This document shows, in pieces, positions 1 through 10,200 of a stretch of 17,832 bases of DNA. Every line of letters starts with the position of its first letter. The first letter of the stretch is position 1. The position numbers were made by a program, and so were the translations under genes. The notes beneath the pieces were generated by a model. That model was not told where the DNA came from. It made no database searches and saw only the letters and a list, made by a program, of their open reading frames with translations. This DNA comes from Octopus sinensis (taxonomy: Eukaryota), in contig NW_021824729.1 in the NCBI RefSeq assembly GCF_006345805.1, positions 1-17,832 of the forward strand. The letters run 5' to 3'.

Positions 1-577
1 ATGATTGTATCTACACTTCTTTACTTACAAAATACCCAGAAGAGTAATTTTTCTTAACTTTGTGGATTGTCATTCCGAATATAAATATATTTTCCATCCC
101 AACCTGTTCGGCCATTTCTACATTGGGCCCATCAAACGTCCCCAGAGTGACAGCCACGTTCAACTGGCAATAAATCAACTGACCAACCATAAATTTCATG
201 TTTCCAGTTCCAGACGCTTCAGTTCCTGAGAGTGAGAGTTTTTCACTTAAATCAGCTGCAGGGACCATTTTCTCTACAAACGACTTTTTATAATCCGGAA
301 GGACAAACACTCTCAGGTCTTTATTGGTCTCCGGATCACTGTTTACCACAACAGCCACATTGCATATCAGTTTGATGATGAGTTTTGCAATTCTGTACCC
401 GGGAGGGGCCTTTCCCCCAATTATGACAGTCCTGGGGACGACAGTGTAGTCATCCAAACCAGCCTTGACCCGTTTGAGGCGGTTGTAGAGCGTTATTATG
501 TGAAGGCAGCTTAGAAGGTATCGTTTACTTTCTTGAATTGGTTTGATATGCACATCAAACATGGTCGAGGGGTCAAT
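1..577 (-). pseudogene. PYG: Glycogen phosphorylase, internal fragment covering the PLP-binding region; probably non-functional
   Basis: [56 protein letters not shown] (PLP lysine), [17 protein letters not shown]. Removing two 24-nt GT..AG introns (+ coordinates 164-187 and 11-34) restores MKFM|LN and SG|YN. The conserved KRIHEYKRQ reads KPIQESKRY. The 5' part is replaced by the LINE tail at 576. Continues past the left edge of the window. Confidence 0.93.
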
Positions 578-596
578 TATTATTATTATTATTATT
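576..596 (-). repeat. (TAA)7 microsatellite; 3' tail of the LINE
   Basis: (ATT)7 on +, about 45 bp downstream of the last LINE stop codon (641), directly abutting the phosphorylase coding sequence. Confidence 0.85.
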
Positions 597-2790
597 TAAG
601 CCAAAAACAGAATCACCGTCTTAACCATTAACTAACGTGTTCAGGTGATTCCGACACTTCTCAACAGTCTAGCCATCTTTTCACGATGTTCAGACCGTGA
701 CCCCACACACTTTCTGTATGTACGGTGAAATGCTTGTGGTCCATCTCCACGATCCCTCCCATTTGCCTCTACAAGAGACTCCAGTGTTCGATGGACAATT
801 TTCATGTCGGTATGGTCCTTCAGTATGTTTATGGATTTTTTTTGGATTTTCTCGATTTTTAGTTGGTTCGTTGCCGCCAGGTTACAGCCCCAAGCAGCAC
901 ATGCATAGCCTATTGTTGGCTCGATATACTGCTTGTAAAGGGTCTCTACCCTGGCGGACAAGTTCTCCCACAGTTCGAAAGAAAGGCTTTCACAAAATTG
1001 ATTTTCTTTATACAAGTTGACACGATTGATTCAACATGAGGTGAGAAACAGAGGAAAGTGTCAAACGTTACACCCAATATCTTCTGTGTTTTCTTTTGTG
1101 GTATTGGGACTCCATTCAGCGTGACTTCAATAATTTTCGTCCCCATCTTCCTGTTTTTCGTGTCCTTCATTTATGAAATCTGTTAGTGTGGTGAGGAAGG
1201 AGGTCGTTGACAATCCTTCCTTGAATCCATGTTGAAATGTGGATTGTGGGAGGAAAGGGCGAATATGTTTTAGAACCAGTTTTTCCAAGATTCTTGACAG
1301 CACACATATAAGGGATATTGGTCTATAGGAGCCGGGGTCGTTTTTCGGTCTTCCAGGTTTTAATATTGGCCGGATTTTTGATAGTTTCCATAAGTTCGGT
1401 ATAGAGTTCGTGAATAATGATGTGTTATAGATCGTGGTTAAAGCATTTATTGAAACTGGGCCCAAGTGTTTTAGTAGAATAAGCGGAATTCCATCCGGTC
1501 CACATGAGTTTGTTTTCTTCTGATTCGAGATTGTTTCAGACACCTCTTCAGGAAGAAAATAAGTCGTCGGGGGCCTTTTGGATGGCTTTGATTTTAATCT
1601 TGACTGTGAGTTCATTTTTTTATAAGGAATATGACTAATCTTGACACAGTGTTTCATAAAATTGTTTAGATTGAGCTGATATGTTTCTGTTTTACGCTCG
1701 TCAGGATTCTTTAAGCGTCTCAACATCGTCCACATGGCCGAATAGAGGCTTGTTTATTCATGGCTCTAGAGATTCGGCTGAGCTTCTTCTTTGGACTTGG
1801 TTGGTATTATTCGTAATAAGCATGTTTAGAGCCCTGATTCGATCGATGATTACTTTGGGTCGATACTTTCTTTTCTTGAGGCTGGTTCTTTCTCTGATTA
1901 ATTTTTTCGTTCTTGAGTCATATTTTGAGCTCCCACTTCTTATACATGCTCTTCTGATAATCAAATTTCTTGCATCTATGATAGTTTTGTTGAAGCTTTC
2001 CACTGCCCTGTCCAAGGAAGAAAAATTCTTAGGGTGAAAGTTCTGGAGTCTTGAATCGACGTAATTTGCGAAAGCATTCCAATCTGCGTTTTCGTAATCA
2101 TAGAAATAATTTGGTTTCAGTATGAGATGTGGAGAACAGTTCATTCTCATTATCATTGAGTGGTGGTCACTTCGGAGATCATAGCGGACCGACCACTTGA
2201 TGATAGGGGAAAGCCGAGGTGAGCAGATTGATAGATCTGGCGATGTCCTCGTGTCCTTAGAGTTGTAGGGTGTTCGAGTGTTCTTTTTCGGGTTGTTAAG
2301 GATTATTAACTTCTGCAATTGCGATATCAAAAGGTTCCTCTGGCATCGGCAGTCTGATATCTGAACCAAGCGGGATGCTTCGCGTTCAGATCTCCGCATA
2401 AGAGTAAGTTATCCAATTTATCAAGGCTTGATAGGTCAAAACGATAGCCCTTCTTGCATGAACCTGGGGGAGGTACGTAGACATTGGCGATTTCAAGTCT
2501 TCCGTAGGAGGTCATAAGTGAGATTCCAATTATTTCGGTGTTGGAGTCCTTCTTTAGGCTTGTATACGGTAAGGGATTCTCGAAATATTTTATTCCTCTT
2601 TTTATAAGGGTCAGTAGACCCCCTCCATGCTCCGACTCGCGGTCACATCGTAGTGCATCGTATCCAGCAAAAAGAGGAGTAGGGATCCGTTTCGAAAGTT
2701 TCGTCTCTTGGAGAAGACAGATATCTATTCGGTTCTCCTCCAAAAAAACTGGCAAATCGAGAATCCAAACAACTTTTTAACATACAAAGC
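576..2790 (-). mobile_element. Decayed non-LTR retrotransposon (APE endonuclease + RT, (TAA)n tail; Jockey/I-group-like, clade not assigned)
   Basis: APE motifs IDICLLQETK, YVPP, LCGDLNAKH (2327-2755) and SPDLS..SDH (1758-2399). RT N-terminal motifs GPDGI, LKPG.P..PGSYRPISL..VLSRILEK, QHGFK.G.ST (1127-1735). Thumb and C-terminal motifs KILGVTFD..L.F..HV (946-1170) and LYK.YI.P...YAC..W (641-1015). Several frameshifts; RT core missing. Confidence 0.92.
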
Positions 2791-2803
2791 AAATTTATTT
2801 TTA

Positions 2804-3040
2804 TTACTCTAGGACATTTTTTTTGAGTCGGTCTAATATAAAGTTGAGGAACTTGTGTGCGTCGTGTTGTTGTCCCTTTGAGTAGGACACACAGTTCTCG
2901 GCTAAAAAGTCCTGGCACTGAGTCATGGTCATACCCGCACTCCACTCATCTCACTCTCCTCCACCACCAGACTGTGGAATAGTTCGCACAACACTCACTT
3001 CTTACACCATCCAAAGTAGTACGTCAGTCTCCTCACACTC
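2804..3040 (-). pseudogene. Ubiquitin-specific protease (USP/UBP, peptidase C19) fragment
   Basis: Not in the ORF track. Splicing a 27-nt (2972-2998) and a 23-nt (2912-2934) GT..AG intron gives ...YYFGWCKNLVVEESEMSGVR|DFLAENCVSYSKGQQHDAHKFLNFILDRLKKNVLE*, matching the USP motif G.QQ.DA(H/Q)EFL..LLD.L (E reads K here). Confidence 0.7.
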
Positions 3041-3069
3041 AACGATGGAAATTTTAGTGTTGTTTTGTG

Positions 3070-3680
3070 GATGGTCGTATTGTATCAGATTAAGATACTT
3101 CTATACCATTTAAAGTTCAAAGTGGGTCTTACCAAAAGCAAAGTGGAACAATAAAATTATCATTATTTAACACCGATGAGGCCAACCTCTGAATTCTAGC
3201 AATTACGGTCTTGCATTAAGATGGAGTGATTATGCATAAAGAGTTAATCATGGTTTGTTATAACTTTCAGAGTCGATCCTTTATTAAAGGATCCAGATTT
3301 CAATTCATAGCAATCCAAGGGACCTGATACAATCAATGAAATGTACATTGGCACCTCGTGAACTTGTTGCAATGACATTAGCCCTTGTTTCTTTATTGAA
3401 CGACCCTTTTTACGGGATATGTGGATGTTGAGATTTGTTTCATCCAATTAAAAATAATATCGGACTTCCACAGCTGCCTGTGATGGATAAAATTTGGCTC
3501 GATTGCTCATAAGCTTTCTGTTAGAATTAAGCATTCTCTGGAATTGAACTGCATGGTTAGTGCAGTCACACAGTCGTTCACATACAGCTCTCGTCATCAT
3601 GTGGACCTCTCCCAATTTGCATGACCAACCTAACCTCCTTTGAGTATATGTTCTTTGCTCACAGTTGATTGAGTTACGGA
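3070..3680 (-). mobile_element. Tc1/IS630-like (DDE_3) transposase remnant
   Basis: PILFL/LDETNLNIHISRKKGRSIK (first catalytic D) and GPLDCYELKSGSFNK in 3244-3447; degenerate LN.IE..S near 3090-3120. Many stops and frameshifts; no TIRs found; boundaries approximate. Confidence 0.75.
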
Positions 3681-3869
3681 ATCTATACACATAAGCATGG
3701 ACCTAAGCTTGAAAGACAATCCACGACTAATGTATTCCACTCCACACCTGTGTCGTCTACGTAGAACACGCCAATAATGAGTAGAATATGGCATTGAAGG
3801 GCTCTTCTCTCCGCAGTATAGGAGAGTACGATAACTCCACATAACGTAAACACAAATTGATCTTCCTCA

Positions 3870-4620
3870 TTCGCTACATGGACCAACACTGAAATTTGTT
3901 AGAAATTTTTCAGAAACAGGTTTAAGATCATTTTCTGAGACAAAGTTTGTGTCATCTGCATATATAATTTCACTTAAATTAATTCTCCAGAAATAGTTTT
4001 GAGAGCTCTCAGTAAAGCCTCGAATACGACCGGAAAGTCCCCTGAGATGTTCCAACCAACCCGTACAGTCAATTCAGTATCGGACAATAGAAAACAAATT
4101 GGGCTCTATTATCATCATCATCAAGAAAATTCTCAATTATATCCAACAATTTTTCCCGTTAAAAGTATCAAAAGCACTGGACATGTCCACACTCAGTATT
4201 ATGAAATTACTCTTGACATGTGGCACATATCCATTGTGGGATCAGACTGCATCTTCGGTAGAGCGACCCCTTCTGAATCCACTTTTTCCAGGCAACAAGA
4301 AATTTAAACATCAGAGAATATCCGGCTAAGGGTTATCAGAGATAGTATCTTTCTCAATTTTCAGAGTAATATTATGTTCTTGAAGTTTTTAGTGATCTTT
4401 TGCTCTTTCAGATTCATGAAATTCCTTCACCAAGTTTCAGAGTGTCTCAAATACAATATAGAAAATTTTTGAAATTTGGGTTGGCAATTTGCATCGGGCA
4501 AGTTGTCTGATCTGACTGCCCTGTTGTTTAATTTGTTGATTGCCAAGTTAGTTTTTTTAACGGGGGTCGGCAGATTCAGACTTGTTTGCTGTTTGATGAT
4601 CTTGCTTATTACGTAAGACA
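3870..4620 (-). mobile_element. Second, older non-LTR reverse transcriptase remnant
   Basis: LAINKLNN.RA..SDNLP (4427-4621), LRKILSLITL.RI (~4320-4360), SGFRRGRST.DAV (~4250-4285), ILSVDMSSAFDT (~4164-4200), IIYADDTNF (YADD at 3951-3962). Scattered over several frames. Confidence 0.85.
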
Positions 4621-4835
4621 ATTTCCCACAACCTTAATAACAAACAGTAAATAAATCTCCAAACAATGAATGCTGAAGAATGATTTGAAGCCATAAAAAT
4701 TTTCTCTAAATTGTTAAATAATAAATAATTTATTTTAAAGCTAAATACTCGAATTTAACATATTTTTGTAATAAAATTCAAAAGTCCGTTTAATATTTAA
4801 TGTTGCACGAATCGTACTCTGTCAACGTCAGCAAA

Positions 4836-6930
4836 ATGTATTCCAATAAAAAGCAGCAATGCTCAGCAAAGCGATAAAGTTTGAACTCCCTTCCACAGTC
4901 GAGGTGGAGCGATCAGCCTTTGTCACCATCCAAGAATCCCAGCTCTTTGACCAGTCGGGGATACAAGAAAATGGACTGGCAGACATCCGAATGGTAAAAA
5001 CACGGCAAACTAAGAAAGGGCTGTTACAACCCATCCATGCAATGTCGGACGTGTGGTCTGAACATTGACGAGTGTCCCGGCCATTTCGGTGTGCTAAAAC
5101 CATCACTGCCAGTCCTCAATCCACGATTTTCTGGGCACATCCTGAAGACGGTCAAAAGTGTGTGCAAGATGTGTGGACACATTCTCCTGGGGAATAAAAA
5201 GACCTTCAGTCACATCAAAAAGATGGAAAAGAGTCTCAACTACCTGCAGAAGAAGACAGAGACGCACAAATTGGAGGGGAGTGAGGATATTGTCTGCCAC
5301 AACTGTTTCACTGTGTGGTGTGGATTTATTGGCAGGAAAGGTCAAGAAACACACTCCTCTGAACATCCTGGAGGCTCACCTCGAGCGGATCACCTCCTAC
5401 GACACAACCCGACACGTGAATGCCCTTAAAACTGCTCATTCCTCACAAAAAGTGCGCAATGCTTTGAAATGTGGGACTGCCCTCAACTCGGTCGAGCTGT
5501 TCAATATTTTGTCGAGGATATAGTGGGCGATTTGGTTGAGTTGAAGGACTTTGGACTGATTGCGGGGAATGTGAGGAGCAGGACTCGGACGGAGAACATG
5601 TATTTCCGAGCAGTGCCTCCATTCGTCCGGCTGTCACATCCTCTGACGAGTGAGTATTGGATTGACCAGTAGGAAACGGCAAGACGACCTGACAGTGAAA
5701 TTAATGCACGTCATGTCCCTCAACGACTACTTTGCATACCTCAACATGACATTCATAAAGCAAATGGTTGTCCTCTCTGTGGATTGCAGACCATCTACCT
5801 CACATTGCAATACGAGTGTTGCATCATGATTAATATGGCCAGCATCCCCAAGGAATACAAACCACCCAAACTCGTGAGGTCATACTTCACTCGCCTGAAA
5901 GGCAAGCAAGGACGTTTTCGGGGTAACGGGAAGAGGGTGAACGGGGAGGACTGTCATATCGCCCGACCCGGAATAGACCAAGTGTCAGTCCCCCAGATAT
6001 TGACGTATCCCGAGTGTGTGAGGGACACCAACATTGAGGAGAAGACTAATAGTGCGGCGGCAACACCCCTCTGCTGTGATGATTTACAAGGCGAATGGGC
6101 GATCAGTGTAGGGGGACTGTTTGACTGTAGTAATCTGCGGTACGGGGAGGTGGAACAGAGGGCGTGTGATTTGCGAGTGGGGGATAGAGTGTTGAGGCAT
6201 ATTAGGGGACATTGTCAATCGACAGCCCTCTCTCCACAGGGAGAGCATTCATGTGAGGACTGTCTTGACATCGTAGTTCAAGATTGGCAACCAGAGGACA
6301 CTCCGATTCAACGAGTGTTGTTATACTCCCTTCAATGCTGACTTTGATGGAGAGCCTTTGACGGCAGAAATACAGGATTTCATTAGTGGTAGTCCCTCCG
6401 CTCATTACAGGCCTGTATTTGCTCACCAGGAAGGACGTGTTCTTGACGAAACCCCAAGTGGTCTCACTGTTGAATGCAATGAGGGGGTCAAGAAAGTGTC
6501 CTCCAGTCCCCCAACCCGCTATTCCGAGACCGGTGACTTTGTGGACTGGGAAGCAGATGATGAGTTACCTCCTCAGTCACCCCACTGAGTCGAATCAACA
6601 CATCTCCGTCAACATCCAGGCCAAAGGGAAGAGTTATTCGGGCAATGAAGAGTTGTATGACTCGTGTTGGCAAGTAGTTTGATGGGTAGACTGCTACATT
6701 GACGACTCGGAATTGATTCCGGGCATTCTCGACAAGAACTCGCTCGGCTTGGGGAGTAAAACAAACATTTTCTACTACATCCGACGAGAGTACGGGGCTG
6801 AGACGACTGTCCAGTGTATTGCCCGTCGATTGGCTGTGGCTTTTTTGAGTATTTGGTGGTTGACACGCGCAGTGCTGAGACTTGGTTTTACTGTGAGGTT
6901 GGCGGATGTCGTGCTCAGTTCGGCCTCCAA
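4836..6930 (+). pseudogene. POLR3A: RNA polymerase III largest subunit (RPC1/RPC160), N-terminal half, heavily mutated
   Basis: D.RM|G..C.TCG....CPGHFG (clamp Zn), DDLTVKL, RLKGKQGRFRGN (KQGRF is RPC1-type rather than RPB1 or RPA1), RTVISPDP, NRQPSLH, FNECCYTPFNADFDG, IQDFISG|LYLLT, PVTLWTGKQ, LGLGSKTNIFY. Introns at 4994-5018, 5650-5672, 6253-6276 and 6389-6410. Many indels; ends at ~6930. Confidence 0.93.
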
Positions 6931-6940
6931 GTAAATCAAG

Positions 6941-7250
6941 GACGAGTGTTCCGAATCGGGTAGGCGCTTGGGAGTGCTGCCGAGGTGGCCAACCGATGTC
7001 TTTTATACTCAAAAGTATATTTTGAATACTTTTATTATTTGGGATCGAATTTGACCAACTCTGAACTGTTTGACTTGATTACGGAAAGTAGGAACATGTC
7101 ACGGAATTTGAAAAGTTTCGGAAAACAAAAATCCACATCAATTACTACCGCAAAGAGACTGGCCGACGTGCAGACTTTTAGTTTTTCGTAGATTTTGGGA
7201 GATGAGATGACAAGTCTGGCTGGACTGAACTGTCGTTATGTGATATCGCG
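6941..7250 (+). pseudogene. POLE: DNA polymerase epsilon catalytic subunit, short internal fragment (late polymerase-domain region)
   Basis: AEVAN..L(--)LYSK / [42 protein letters not shown]|ILGDEMTSLAGLNCRYVISR matches POLE [56 protein letters not shown]. Clean 24-nt intron at 7168-7191. Confidence 0.9.
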
Positions 7251-7271
7251 GTATTGGTGTCATATTGTCAG

Positions 7272-10200
7272 AGATTACACGTTCGGGTCATTTCACGTGG
7301 TTTTTCCATTTAATTACAACTTTGATGCCTGTTTTGTGGCGGTAGTTATTATTGTGAGTGTTCAGTTGAAGGACGCCTTTAAAATAATGTGGATTGTCCA
7401 CAAAAAGTTGAGAAATGTCCCCGATCAGCCCCGACGTTGATGAGTGACTTGAATATCAGCATAAATGTGCGAGTCCTTATCATTCCCAGCACTTTTCTGT
7501 GGTATTCGAGGACGACCCATTCGAGAACAGGATATTGAGCAACTTCAGAGTAGGGAATAAGTCATATTCAGTTACTGAGTGATGAGTTTTGTGGAAAAGG
7601 TGCAGAGATCAGTCATTCTGGAAAAACAACTGCAGGAAATGGGGGCAAGCATGTCGAGTGAGTGTTGTGTGTCATAAAAGTCGACAAAATGGATGAATTG
7701 TACGCCACAGTGGAGCAAAGGAATTCCTCCGCGTACATTGAGCGGGTGGGGATTCACCGTCGGCAACAAGAAGGGATCAAAACCCTTTGTCAGATCAGTC
7801 TGGAGGGGGTCTCTTTCAAAGCCCTGTCAGACCCCTCCGTTTTTGGGGAGGACAATATTCTGTGGTTTATGAAGCGAGTGGAGCCTGAATGGTGGATTGT
7901 GTGAGTGAGGAGTAGTTTTGACGGTGGGGAGACATCATTCAGCACTCTCTTTTGTCGTTATGTCATTTTTGAGTTTGACGAAATGAGGAGTGCTCTCCGG
8001 GACTATTCCGTGCCCCTTATCGTCTGGAATAATTGTCGATTTTGGGGACTGTTGAGAGGGGCAGAACTGACGGGGACATATTTGAGTAGATTAGTGTGCC
8101 TACTGGTAGAGCAAGTCGTCATTCCATTCGGGGATTTCGAGATTCGAAAGTCACTGTGCCCCCTCAAGTATTTCTACGACCTCAATTTGAGTATTTGTAT
8201 ACGTGGATGGCAGAGTCGGGGCAAGTGAGAGTGGCCTACGGACCCAGCATCGAGCCTTGGCTCTAATTTTTCCACTGCCTTGACTTGATAACGTCGCCCA
8301 GTCGAGATTGCAGTCCCAAGTTGAGTTGGTTCGACATGTTCCGCTACGTTCTTCACGGAAATTGGAGAGCCCGACTAAAGTTATCGTTGATGTACCGCCT
8401 TACGAATGACCCATACAACTCGACTGAGTTCATCGAGTGGTCCTGGGAGTCTCTCGTGTTTGAGAACACATTGGTTACTCTCATCAGTTCATGGCAGGGA
8501 AGTTTGTGTTGAACGGAGACTTGCAAATAAACTGCAAGACTGCCTCGAATTATGACGATTATCGACTGGTGCATATTCCGAATGCCTGCTTTGAGTGGTA
8601 GGGCCAAAGTCTCCTGGATATGTCCTGGTGATGCTTACTCTCATTTCACGGTGATTCCAATCCACCGGAAGTACGTCGTAGATGTTTTGGTGAGAATATT
8701 TGAGTGATGCAGACACACGACACATTTCGGGCTTTCAGGTCGAGTGGGATGGATGTCAAGTTGAGTATTTCGAGTAATGTTTCTCTCTCGTCTCTCAAAT
8801 TCTATTCGGGGTCGATTAATTGGATATTCGACATTATTGCTGTCCTCACTTGACCACCTGTAGACCACAATCCAACAACTCACCCGTCCGATCCGCCTGA
8901 GTCCTCTCTTTGGACGACCATTCTACAAAAGAATACAACTTTCTCGCCATTTCAGGTGATATATTCCACTATGAGTAGAGAGTTTAACATTGCTATGAAT
9001 CTGGACAGTTTTGTGATTGAATACTGGATGACGGGGAAATGGTGGATGGGTACAACTAAAGTGGGTTCCGTGTCCTTGGACAGTTGCCTGACTACTCTGT
9101 CCTCCCCCTCCAAGGGAATGTACTCAGACGACCAGTCACTGTGTGGAAAATCAAATCTTTTCATTTCATACAGGAGAGGGTCAACGTTGACTTGTTCGGT
9201 AATAAAAGTGATGAGGCCAATTTTCTGATTAAGTTTGACTCGTGAGTGTTTTTGGTTACGTTTTAGACTGCGATATTACCACTCCCCACATCGAGACCAG
9301 ATTGTCTCCCCCACCCCGCCTCCACGGAGATCGAGTCAACCTACCAGGCATGTAGTTATATTGACATTCAGCACAACACAATGTAATAGTGAAGGACACT
9401 GTGGTGAGGTGGACTAACGAGAACAGAGCCGTATTTTATGAGTTGATGAATCACTACCAACGAGGGGTCATTCTCCGCCGTAATTTACTTTCGGGATAAT
9501 CTCCTGCATTGAACGACACGAACAGAAGGTGGTCGAATCCAGAGAGGAGTTGGTCGAGCAGGATGAGTGGACTCCGGACTTGTTGGAGCGACTGGTGGCC
9601 GACGTGGAAAACAAGTTTTACGTGACTGGAGACGTGGTGATGGAATGTGTTGATTGGTAGACACAGACATGTCTGGTGGATGATTTGTCAAGGCCAAAGT
9701 CGTGTGGAAGTAATGATGTGACAAGTCGGAATTGTTTAGGTGAGTGGACTGACTGAGTGCAGTCGAATTTAGGAATGTCCAATTGAGTTTGGTGGTCCAA
9801 TCGGGCTTCATTATGGCTGTAGCTAGGAAAGCCCAGTTCTTCCAACGTGAGCACGGATTGGTGTGGAAGAACAACGGTCTGAGGTCGAAAATAAGTTGGA
9901 TTGGGACTATCGACTCAATGGAGGTGAGTGGGCCATATTTATGCAGTATTTTGCCAATGCGAACGAAGGGGGCAATCTGGAGAGAATAGTGTCGAGGTGT
10001 CGTTGTGACATATTCTACTCGTCCTACGCGGCCATCGAGGAATTGTTGGTGAGTGATGGCCAGCCTCCCTCCGAGGACGAGGACAGTCTGGAGACATTCA
10101 CAATGCCCACCACGACCTGTCAATATCGACTAACAATGGCAATATTCGGTGATTATTGACATTGTGAACAACCTCCTTCTCTACTTTGACCCCGAACGTA

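Noticed and set aside
697-2780. Plus-strand ORFs 697-1020, 1681-2037 and 2538-2780, including an apparently hydrophobic membrane protein
   Set aside because: Antisense shadows of the LINE coding strand.
4836-7250. Giant-virus or Polinton/Maverick endogenous element suggested by adjacent RNA and DNA polymerase genes
   Set aside because: The motifs are specifically eukaryotic Pol III and Pol epsilon, they contain spliceosomal introns, and no capsid, packaging ATPase, integrase or long TIRs are seen.
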